Shown here piece by piece: positions 1 through 9,000 of a stretch of 27,270 nt of DNA. The notes below the pieces were generated by a model. The model worked only from the letters and a program-made list of their open reading frames with translations. It did no database searches and was not told where the DNA came from. Each line of letters starts with the position of its first letter. Position 1 is the stretch's first letter. The translations under genes and the position numbers were made by a program. Source of the stretch: Candidatus Babelota bacterium (GTDB taxonomy: Bacteria > JAGOBX01); assembly GCA_017999075.1 (NCBI GenBank), contig JAGOBX010000001.1, forward strand, positions 1-27,270, written 5' to 3'.

Positions 1-1
1 A

Positions 2-796
2 AAAAGAAAACAAATCCGAGGAAGAGAAATTAAATTTAATTTATTTAAAGGCATAGAAGAATCCGATAAAATATTTTCTGCCGCAAAATTAAAAACACAC
101 GGTCAAATGTTTTTTACAGGAGCAGTTAAAAATTTATTCGGGTTAGTGCCTGGAGCTTTAAAACCAGAGCTTCATTTTAAATATCCTGATAACATAAAAT
201 TTGCAGATATGATAGTTGATTTGTATGAACTTATTACTCCAGAGTTATCAGTTATTGATGGAATAACTGCTATGGAAGGAAATGGACCAGGAGCAGGAAC
301 GCCTAAAGATCTCAATTGTCTAATTGTAAGCAATAATGCTGCTGCTGCAGATATTTGCGCATTAAAAATAATTGATCAGAAACCGGAAAATACACCGATA
401 ACAAACTGCTGCATTAAACGAGGATTGTCTCCTGAATCAATAAACGAAATTGAATTATATGGAGATGATATCAAAAATTTTATAGATTTGAATTTTAAAA
501 AAATTTCATATCCTCTTAATATGACAAGTTTTTTACCTGTCAGATTTTTTGACGGATTAATGAAATACGCAGTTTTGTCAAGACCTGTAATAGAACAAAA
601 AAAATGCGTAAAATGCAGGGCATGCGAAGAAATATGCCATTCAAAAGCTGTTTCTCTTACTAACAACAAAATATTATTCGATTATAAAAAATGCATCAGA
701 TGTTATTGCTGCCAGGAAATTTGTCCTGTTGGCGCAATAACCATTTTTAAACCCGTACTTTTACGATACCTTGACCTTATTATAAAAAAATTATGA
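2..796 (+). CDS. DUF362 domain protein with C-terminal 2x[4Fe-4S] ferredoxin domain (5' end outside window)
   Basis: The frame of the 107..796 ORF is open back to base 2 (KRKQIRGRE...AAKLKTHGQMFFTGAVKNLFG), so Met107 is internal. KLKTH...TGAVKNLFG and DGITAMEGNGP are DUF362 motifs. The C-terminus has CVKCRACEEIC and CIRCYCCQEICP ferredoxin motifs. Confidence 0.85.
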   Translation, partial: KRKQIRGREIKFNLFKGIEESDKIFSAAKLKTHGQMFFTGAVKNLFGLVPGALKPELHFKYPDNIKFADMIVDLYELITPELSVIDGITAMEGNGPGAGTPKDLNCLIVSNNAAAADICALKIIDQKPENTPITNCCIKRGLSPESINEIELYGDDIKNFIDLNFKKISYPLNMTSFLPVRFFDGLMKYAVLSRPVIEQKKCVKCRACEEICHSKAVSLTNNKILFDYKKCIRCYCCQEICPVGAITIFKPVLLRYLDLIIKKL

Positions 797-1512
797 AAAC
801 AAGAATCTTCTCTTCTGAAAAACTTTCACTTGAAAATTTATTAACTGCAGATGAATATGAATCTCATTATCTGATAAAAGTTATGCGCGCAGAAAAAGGA
901 GAACAAATTGAACTTTTTTCTTCTAAAAATTATGCTGATGCTGTATTTGTAAATGAAAAAAATAAACTTGCAGTTCTGGAAATTTTAAAAATTCATGATT
1001 TTGTAAATATATTTCCTAAAATATCAATAATGCAATGTTTTCCAGAACATACAAAATCAGAACTCGCTGTCCAAAAGCTTACCGAACTCGGAGCCGATGA
1101 AATTATATTCTTAGAATCGGAAAATTCTATAAAAATATCACCAAACAAAAAAATCAAGCTTGAAAAAATTTTACGGGAAGCTGTACGTCAATCACGCCGA
1201 TATTCAATGCCCATCATAAAATTCGGTAATCTGAAAGAAATTTTAAATATATCTTTTTATATTGAAAATCAATCTTCTTATAAAATTATTATTCTTGATA
1301 AATCCGGGAAAACATTAAAAGAAATCAATGAATATAAACAGTTTAAAAATATAATTGTAATTGTAGGACCTGAACAGGGTTTTTCAAAAAACGAACTTGA
1401 AACATTCAAAACTTCAGGTTTTGATATAATTAATATAAATCATAACATATTAAGAACTGAAACAGCAGTAATTTCAATTATGTCAATTTTCAGTTTATTA
1501 AAGAATAATTGA
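793..1512 (+). CDS. rsmE: 16S rRNA (uracil1498-N3)-methyltransferase RsmE
   Basis: HYLIKVMR N-terminus, KLTELGAD, EAVRQSRR, VGPEQGFS (GPEGGF variant) and ILRTETA SPOUT motifs. ATGA overlap with the upstream stop. Confidence 0.9.
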   Translation: MKTRIFSSEKLSLENLLTADEYESHYLIKVMRAEKGEQIELFSSKNYADAVFVNEKNKLAVLEILKIHDFVNIFPKISIMQCFPEHTKSELAVQKLTELGADEIIFLESENSIKISPNKKIKLEKILREAVRQSRRYSMPIIKFGNLKEILNISFYIENQSSYKIIILDKSGKTLKEINEYKQFKNIIVIVGPEQGFSKNELETFKTSGFDIININHNILRTETAVISIMSIFSLLKNN

Positions 1513-1583
1513 TTTTTATTTTTTTAGATATATAATTAATTTAGAACATATTTTTTTCAATTTGATTTTTTTGGAGGAAAACT

Positions 1584-2792
1584 ATGGCTAAAGCATTGTT
1601 GATTGGAGCAGGCGGGGTTGGAGCGGTAGTTGCGCACAAATGCTGTCAGAACCCTGAAATTTTTTCAGAAATATGTTTAGCAAGCAGAACAAAATCAAAA
1701 TGTGATAAAATTAAGGAGCAGATAAAAAATACCTCAACTAAAATAACTACTGCTCAACTTGATGCCGACAACACTTCAGAAACAATTGAGTTGATAAAAA
1801 AATATAATCCTGATATAGTTATAAATGTCGCTTTGCCTTATCAGGATTTAACTATAATGGACGCTTGCCTCGAAACAGGAACAGATTATATTGATACAGC
1901 CAATTATGAGCCGCAAGATACTGCCAAATTTGAATATAAATGGCAATGGGAATATAAAGAAAAATTCAAACAACGCGGAATAATGGCTTTATTAGGATGC
2001 GGGTTTGACCCTGGAGTAACAAACATTTTCTGCGCTTATGCACAGAAAAAACATTTTGATAAAATAGATTATATTGATATTCTTGACGCAAATGCAGGAG
2101 ACCACGGACATCCGTTCGCAACAAATTTCAATCCTGAAATCAATATACGTGAAGTTACTGCTAAAGGAAAATATTTTGAAAACAACATATGGAAGGAAAC
2201 CGAACCGTTATCTGTGCATCACACTTATAATTTTCCTGTCATAGGCGATAAAGAAATATATTTGATGTATCACGAAGAGCTTGAATCTCTTGCTAAAAAT
2301 ATAAACGGAATCAAAAGAATCCGGTTCTGGATGACTTTTTCTCAAAATTATCTAACTCACTTACGCGTACTTGAAAATGTAGGAATGACATCTATAAAAC
2401 CTATAAATTTTCAGGGACAGCAGATTGTGCCTTTGCAATTTTTGAAAGCTGTTCTACCTGATCCTGCTTCTCTTGGACCTCGTACGAAAGGTAAGACGTG
2501 CATAGGATGTATTATTCAGGGAACAAAAAACGGACAGCCTCAAAAATATTATGTTTATAATATTTGCGATCATTCCGAATGTTATAAAGAAGTTCAGTCT
2601 CAAGCGATTTCTTATACTACAGGTGTTCCAGCAATGATTGGAGCAATGATGATGCTTACAAAAACATGGCACAAACCAGGCGTTTATAATGTGGAAGAAT
2701 TTGATCCTGAACCTTTTATGGAAAAACTGAATATTCACGGATTACCCTGGCAGGAAAGTTTCAATCCGATTCTTTTAGAAAATTTAAAATAA
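1584..2792 (+). CDS. Carboxy(nor)spermidine dehydrogenase/synthase (saccharopine dehydrogenase family)
   Basis: Rossmann IGAGGVG, YIDTANYEP, GCGFDPGVT, DANAGDHGHPFATNFNPEINIRE, YHEELESL, QAISYTTGVPAMIGA. Lies directly upstream of nspC. GGAGG RBS precedes the ATG. Confidence 0.9.
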   Translation: MAKALLIGAGGVGAVVAHKCCQNPEIFSEICLASRTKSKCDKIKEQIKNTSTKITTAQLDADNTSETIELIKKYNPDIVINVALPYQDLTIMDACLETGTDYIDTANYEPQDTAKFEYKWQWEYKEKFKQRGIMALLGCGFDPGVTNIFCAYAQKKHFDKIDYIDILDANAGDHGHPFATNFNPEINIREVTAKGKYFENNIWKETEPLSVHHTYNFPVIGDKEIYLMYHEELESLAKNINGIKRIRFWMTFSQNYLTHLRVLENVGMTSIKPINFQGQQIVPLQFLKAVLPDPASLGPRTKGKTCIGCIIQGTKNGQPQKYYVYNICDHSECYKEVQSQAISYTTGVPAMIGAMMMLTKTWHKPGVYNVEEFDPEPFMEKLNIHGLPWQESFNPILLENLK

Positions 2793-2795
2793 AAA

Positions 2796-3956
2796 ATGAA
2801 AATTGATAATTTAACAAAACCTGATTTTAATTATCGCGATGTCCCGACCCCGTGTTATATTTGCGATGAAAATTTAATTAAGCGGAATGTTGAAATACTA
2901 AATAAAATCCAATTAAAAACAGGATGCAAAATTCTTCTTGCTTTAAAAGGGTTTTCAATGCATTCGGTTTTTCCTACAATAAAAAAATATTTATATGGGA
3001 TTACAGCAAGTTCTTTATTTGAAGCAAGACTCGGTTATGAAAAAATGAAAGGAGAAACCCATTTATATGCGCCAGCTTACAGAACCGATGAGTTTCCTGA
3101 AATGATGAAATATTGCGATCATATAATTTTTAATTCTTTCAGCCAATGGAAAAAATTCAGAAGTCAAATAAAAATATCGAAAAAAAAAATAGAATGCGGA
3201 ATCAGAATTAATCCTGAATATTCTGAAATTAAAACTCCGATTTATAATCCGTGTTATAAAAATTCCAGACTGGGAGTTACTTTAAAAAATTTTGAAGAAA
3301 ATGAACTTGACGGAATTTCAGGATTGCATTTTCACACTCATTGCGAACAAAATTCCGACCCTCTTGAACGCACAGTTAAAATTGTTGATAAAAAATTCGG
3401 AAAATACATAAAACAAATGAAATGGATTAATTTCGGCGGAGGTCATCACATCACAAGAAGCGATTATAATATTTCAAAATTATGCGATTCAATTATGTTT
3501 ATAAAAAATAAATACAGAATTGAAATTTATCTGGAACCAGGCGAAGCTATAGCTTTAAATACCGGATTTTTAATAACAACGGTTCTTGATATTGTAAAAA
3601 ACGGTATGGAAATAGCTATTCTTGACACTTCTGCAGCAGCGCACATGCCTGATGTTCTGGAAATGCCTTACCGCCCGTTCATTATCAATTCCGGAAAACC
3701 AGGAGAAAAAAAATTCACTTACAGGTTGTCAGGACCAACGTGCCTGGCAGGCGATATAATAGGCGATTATTCGTTTAACAAAAAAATAAAACCAGGCGAC
3801 AGATTAGTGTTTACAGATATGGCGCATTATACAATGGTAAAAAATAATATGTTCAACGGAATTAATCTGCCGGCTATAATAGTTTATGATTTAAATAAAA
3901 AATTGAAAATCGTCCGGCAATTCGGATACGATGATTTTAAAAACAGGTTATCTTAA
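2796..3956 (+). CDS. nspC: Carboxy(nor)spermidine decarboxylase (fold-type III PLP enzyme)
   Basis: LALKGFS (PLP lysine), GLHFHTHCEQ, NFGGGHHITR, EPGEA, AHMPDVLEMPY, GPTCLAGD, HYTMVKNNMFNGI. Starts 3 bp after the dehydrogenase stop. Confidence 0.93.
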   Translation: MKIDNLTKPDFNYRDVPTPCYICDENLIKRNVEILNKIQLKTGCKILLALKGFSMHSVFPTIKKYLYGITASSLFEARLGYEKMKGETHLYAPAYRTDEFPEMMKYCDHIIFNSFSQWKKFRSQIKISKKKIECGIRINPEYSEIKTPIYNPCYKNSRLGVTLKNFEENELDGISGLHFHTHCEQNSDPLERTVKIVDKKFGKYIKQMKWINFGGGHHITRSDYNISKLCDSIMFIKNKYRIEIYLEPGEAIALNTGFLITTVLDIVKNGMEIAILDTSAAAHMPDVLEMPYRPFIINSGKPGEKKFTYRLSGPTCLAGDIIGDYSFNKKIKPGDRLVFTDMAHYTMVKNNMFNGINLPAIIVYDLNKKLKIVRQFGYDDFKNRLS

Positions 3957-3983
3957 TTTATAATAAATTCACTATTTAAAATT

Positions 3984-5324
3984 ATGCATTCAATATTTTC
4001 AATAATAAAAAATCGCGTTCATAATTTCAAAGAAAAAATTGAAGACTACAGTTTTTCAAATCCAAAAGATTTTTTCCTGACAAAATTATTTTTCAGAATA
4101 ATAAAGACATTTTATATAACCTTCACCAGATTTACCAAGGATAATTGCGTATTACACGCTTCAGCATTAACATACACATCATTATTATCATTGGTTCCTA
4201 TACTCGCACTAATGTTCGCTTTATTGAAAGGACTATCCATAAAAACAGATATAAAAATCACTTTACTAAAAATGATAACAGCAAACCAGACTGTAGTTGT
4301 AAACAGTTTAATGAAATATCTCGACAATGTAAATGCTGCCAAATTAGGCACATTCGGAGCCACAATTCTTATTTTAAGCGCAATTCTTGTTTTAACTACA
4401 ATCGAAAAATCATTCAATGTTATATGGGGAGTAAAAACTACGCGAAAAACATTCAGAAAATTCGCAGATTATTTAAGCGTGCTGATAGTAGGTCCAACTA
4501 TGCTTGTTGGAGCAATGAGTTTCACTGCTGTAGGGAAACTTCCTGATTTTTTAAAAGATTTCAATTTGATAAATACCATATATTTGCACCTTATAACTTA
4601 TGCCCCTTACATTATGTTGTGGCTGGCATTTAGTTTTTTTTATATTTTTATACCTAATGCCAAAGTAAAATATATGCCGGGAATAATTGGAGGATTAGTC
4701 GCAAGCATACTTCTTCAATTCGCTCAAATATTCTATTTTGATTTAAACGCTTATATGTCTAACTTAAAAATAATTTACGGCGGATTTGCGGCTCTTCCTA
4801 TTTTCCTGATTTGGCTTTACATATCATGGTTAATACTCCTGCTTGGAGCAGAATTAACATTTGCCATTCAAAATGTCGCAAACTACAGAGTGTCGATAGA
4901 AAATATTAAAATGTCTTCTTATGAAAATATAAATATTTCCATAATTATTATGTATTATGTTTGCAAAACATTTTATATTTCCAAACTTTCAAATGACATA
5001 AAAGATAATACTGTATCAATAAGAAACCTGTCATTAAAACTTAATTTATCTGAACGCGTAATAAATTTTGTGGCTTCCAATTTATACGATGCAGGTTTTA
5101 TCGGATTTGACAATACCGGAGAAAACCAAAACATTTTATTGAAAATAAATCCGGAACAAATTACTATCAAAGATATTGTCAATGCAGTAATAAATAACAA
5201 TAAAAAATCAACACTTGAGGCAATATTTGCAGATGTTGATCCTGAAATTTTAAAACATCTTGAAATATTCAATAATCAGGATTTTATTTTAAACAGAAAT
5301 TTCAAAGAATTGGTGGCAATATAA
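3984..5324 (+). CDS. YihY/BrkB family inner-membrane protein with C-terminal winged-helix-like extension
   Basis: ASALTYTSLLSLVPILA, IEKSFNVIWG and IYGGFAALPIFLIWLYISWLILLLGAE are YihY/BrkB motifs; several TM segments. The C-terminal SIRNLSLKLNLSERVINFVASNLYDAGFI resembles an Rrf2-like HTH. Confidence 0.85.
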   Translation: MHSIFSIIKNRVHNFKEKIEDYSFSNPKDFFLTKLFFRIIKTFYITFTRFTKDNCVLHASALTYTSLLSLVPILALMFALLKGLSIKTDIKITLLKMITANQTVVVNSLMKYLDNVNAAKLGTFGATILILSAILVLTTIEKSFNVIWGVKTTRKTFRKFADYLSVLIVGPTMLVGAMSFTAVGKLPDFLKDFNLINTIYLHLITYAPYIMLWLAFSFFYIFIPNAKVKYMPGIIGGLVASILLQFAQIFYFDLNAYMSNLKIIYGGFAALPIFLIWLYISWLILLLGAELTFAIQNVANYRVSIENIKMSSYENINISIIIMYYVCKTFYISKLSNDIKDNTVSIRNLSLKLNLSERVINFVASNLYDAGFIGFDNTGENQNILLKINPEQITIKDIVNAVINNNKKSTLEAIFADVDPEILKHLEIFNNQDFILNRNFKELVAI

Positions 5325-5325
5325 T

Positions 5326-5880
5326 ATGATTTCACTTGGTGTGGTTTCTGATTCCCATCAAAATACGGATAATTTGTCAAAAGCCGTTAAATATCTTGTA
5401 GAAGAAAAAAAAGTTCAAAAACTGGCTCATTTAGGAGATTATTACGAAGATATGGAAAAAATCGAATACATCCCTGATTTGTCAGATATGGAAATTCTGA
5501 AAGTCCCTGGTTCTCATCATTATCAATATTCAGATTCCTCTGTAATGAAAAGAATAAAAATTAATTTCGGCAATCTAAGATTTTTAATTACTCATGTTCC
5601 GCGAAAACACCAAAACGATTCTATTTGTGATATCAGCATTGAAAATATGATAGAAAAAAAACAAATAGATGTCTTGTTATACGGTCATACTCATGAATTT
5701 AAAATTTATTACAATAATGACACGAATATTTTATATATTAATCCTGGACATCTTAAAGATTTTGACGAACAGGGTACTCCGCCAACTTTTGCTTACATAG
5801 AAATAGAATCATCTTCCATATATGTCGCAATTTATAATCTTGTGTTTTTACCTCTTCTTGAACGGAGATATATAATATAA
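5326..5880 (+). CDS. YfcE/MJ0936-type metallophosphoesterase (calcineurin-like)
   Basis: VVSDSH, HLGD, ITHVP, LYGHTH and INPG motifs; 184 aa. Motif III reads PGSHH instead of GNxD. Confidence 0.8.
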   Translation: MISLGVVSDSHQNTDNLSKAVKYLVEEKKVQKLAHLGDYYEDMEKIEYIPDLSDMEILKVPGSHHYQYSDSSVMKRIKINFGNLRFLITHVPRKHQNDSICDISIENMIEKKQIDVLLYGHTHEFKIYYNNDTNILYINPGHLKDFDEQGTPPTFAYIEIESSSIYVAIYNLVFLPLLERRYII

Positions 5881-5953
5881 ACTGTTTTCTGAATTCTTTT
5901 AGTTTTACAAATACAAAATTTGTCTTAATAAATTCACAAAACAAAAAAATCCT

Positions 5954-6045
5954 AAACTCGAAACTTGAAATTTGAAAATCGAAACTGAATATTGGATTCT
6001 GATTTTCCAATTTTTATTTTCCAATCACTAATTTCCAATTTTTCC
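5954..6045. repeat. Degenerate 7-bp tandem repeat array in two partly complementary arms between convergent genes
   Basis: aaactcg-aaacttg-aaatttg-aaaatcg-aaactga (5954-5988), then tttccaa-tttttat-tttccaa-tcactaa-tttccaa-tttttcc (6004-6045). Confidence 0.6.
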
Positions 6046-6047
6046 CA

Positions 6048-9000
6048 CTACTTAATCACCGCCAATTTTCCAGTCTTTTTTCCTGAAGACGATTTAATTA
6101 AATATAAATATACGCCGCTTGCCACATCTCTGCCATCGTTATTTTTGACATTCCATTTAAACGGCGAAGTATTGACAGTTTGCGAAAATACTTTCCCGCC
6201 TGCTATTGTATAAATTTCTATCTGCGCGTCAGCAGGCAGATTAGCGAATGAAATTCCTGAAACCGGCGTGCCGTTTAATAAATCATTATCATTAGGCACA
6301 AACGGATTCGGATAAACAATTACATTTGATAAATTATTCGCGAATACAAGCGATGGCGCGAAAAACAATCCGTAAATCGAAAAATGATTTAATGAAACAG
6401 AAATAACAGCATCAGTATCATTTACAGATACAACCGGTTCGCCAGCAGAAATCCAGCGGTTGGTAATTTCATCAAAAGTCATTACTCTTAATTTTCTTAA
6501 ATCTTCCGCAGAGTAAAACGCTTTATCGATTGTATAACTTAATCTCGGCAATATTTCAAATGCCGATGAATCAGCGCTGATAATATTACCAAATGCGTCA
6601 GTTAAAACCAAATCAATAATTGTATTGCTAAATTGATTGTAATTATGAATTAAATCAATACCCGTGTTATATTTATTTTTATCCGCTTTTTCAATTGTCA
6701 ATGCAGCATTAATTTTTTCCGGATTGATTTTCATAACAAGATTAGTAATAATATTCGTCGCAGTATCTCCGATATTAAATTGAATATTCAATGCTTCGGT
6801 ATTTGCAATCGTTAAAACCGATACAGGCGAATCGTCTGTCAATTTTCCTGAAATCATAATCTGCGTTTCAGCCGAATTAATAATATAAATTGTATCAGCA
6901 ATAGTGAACATTTTTTCAGCCGCCCATTCTGATTTCATCAGTCCTGCGTCAACCGCTTGAACAGACCAGTAATAAATTCCGTTCGAAAGACGCTTTTCAG
7001 AATTAGGAATAATATACCATTGCGTATGATTCTGAACACTACCGAGTAATGTTGCGTTCATCGTATGCGCTGAAACGCTGTCAGAGCTCATAATCTCGCT
7101 GCCGCCGCTTTTTCTGCCTATCCGCAGATTATATGTCATAGCATTTTGCGGCGTTGTATCAGTAGCAACAGGATTCCATCTGAAAATAATTGTATCGCCT
7201 GATATAAAATTTGTCCCGAGCGGCGAAACTATTGCAGGCGCGACAGGCCTGATATTTTTATTATCTGTTTGATTAAGATACACATAAAATTTCTGTTCTG
7301 CATTAGAATTATTTCCAAACACCATCAAATCCAAGTCGCCGTCTTTATCCCAGTCATTCCAAAATATTTTTGAATTATCAAATCCCGCATTTGTTCCGGC
7401 TGGTTCACAATCCTTGACAAAAGTACCGTTATAATTTTTAAATAAAATTATCCTTTTATTCGAACCATCATTTCCGGTTACAGCCAAATCAATAAATCCG
7501 TCATCATCATAATCCGCAAATTTTATTTGACCATTTGACACGCCGGAATTTACGTCCAGCGGCTCCTGCTTATTAACAAAAGTTCCGTTTTGATTTTCAA
7601 AAATTATCAAACGCCGGTTTACGCCGTCATTTCCTGCAACCGCAAAATCCAAATCGCCGTCATTGTCAATATCAGCAAATGCTATACTGCTGTAATGCAT
7701 GCCGGAATTTATTCCCATCGGTTCCGCTACTTTTGTAAATCCAGTTTTATCATTTCTAAATAAAATCAAACGTTTATAATAATCGTCTTTACCGCTGACG
7801 AGTAAATCCAAGTCGCTATCATTATCATAATCAAACCATTCGAGTTCACCGTTTTCAGTTCCATAGTTTGCTGACATTGGTTCAAATTTCTGTTGATATA
7901 TTTCATTAATATTCTGAAAAACCATCAGCGAATTATTTGCGTATTTATCACCTGTAACTGCCAAATCCAAATCGCCGTCATTATCATAATCAGCGGTTTT
8001 AATATCGCCTCCAATAAAACCTATATCAGCGCCTAAAACAGAATACGCTTTTACAAATTGATTATTTTCATTTTTAAATACCATAAATCTTGCTTCGCCG
8101 TCAAAACCGCTTGCAATCAAATCCAAATCACCGTCATTATCATAATCAGACCAATTCAACATTCCATTTTCTCCGAATCCGTGTCTGCTGCCAAGCGGTT
8201 CGGCAACATTGATAAATTGATTTCCTTCATTTTTATAAATTATAAAACGATTATAAAATCCATCATTTCCTATAAGCGCAGCGTCTAAATTACCATCATT
8301 GTCATAATCGCCTAACGCAAAGTTTCTATCAGTTAGTTCTAAAAAATTTGAACTCAAATCGATTAAATCTGAAGAATTAAAATATTGCGTCGGAAACACG
8401 AGCGATCTTAGCGTCATTATATCGGAAAATTCCGATTCATTATTAAACGAATTATTTTTTCTCACGCTTGAATCGAATGCTGTAATCCGGTAATAATAAG
8501 TATTGCCGCCGGTAACTGTCAAATCAATATAATCAGTATCATCTTTATCAGAAATTATTGCTATTAAACAGTTATTCCAATTAGCTGGAAATAAAGTATC
8601 CGCTCTGTAAATTTTATAACCGTATAAATCAGTATCAGTATTTATAAGTGCAATGCCGTTTGAATTTAATAATGGCTTTGTCCATATCAAATAAATTTGT
8701 CCGGGCAGAGAAGTATCGGCAGAAACAATTACTGGCGGCGCAGGCGCGATTGTATCAGCGTCGGCAGGCAATGCAATAATAAAAGTATCTTCGATTGACC
8801 ATACAGATTTCATCATACCATTATCAATTGTCTGAACGCTCCAGTAATATGTTCCTGCATCAAATTGCTGAGTTTTAATAATATATGATGTATTATTTTG
8901 AACATTTCCGTAAAGATTTGAATTATTGATATGATTAGAATTTGTATCAGCGCTCATTATTTCACAACCGCCGGAAATTTTTCCGATTCGCAAATTATAT

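Noticed and set aside
5753-6213. ORFs 5753-6010 (-) and 5992-6213 (+) spanning the heptamer array
   Set aside because: Their F/Q/I/S/N-rich translations are what a 7-bp repeat gives in any frame, and they overlap real genes.
6981-6987. gttcgaa tRNA T-loop-like motif
   Set aside because: Inside the protease CDS with no cloverleaf context; no tRNA or integration site supported in the window.
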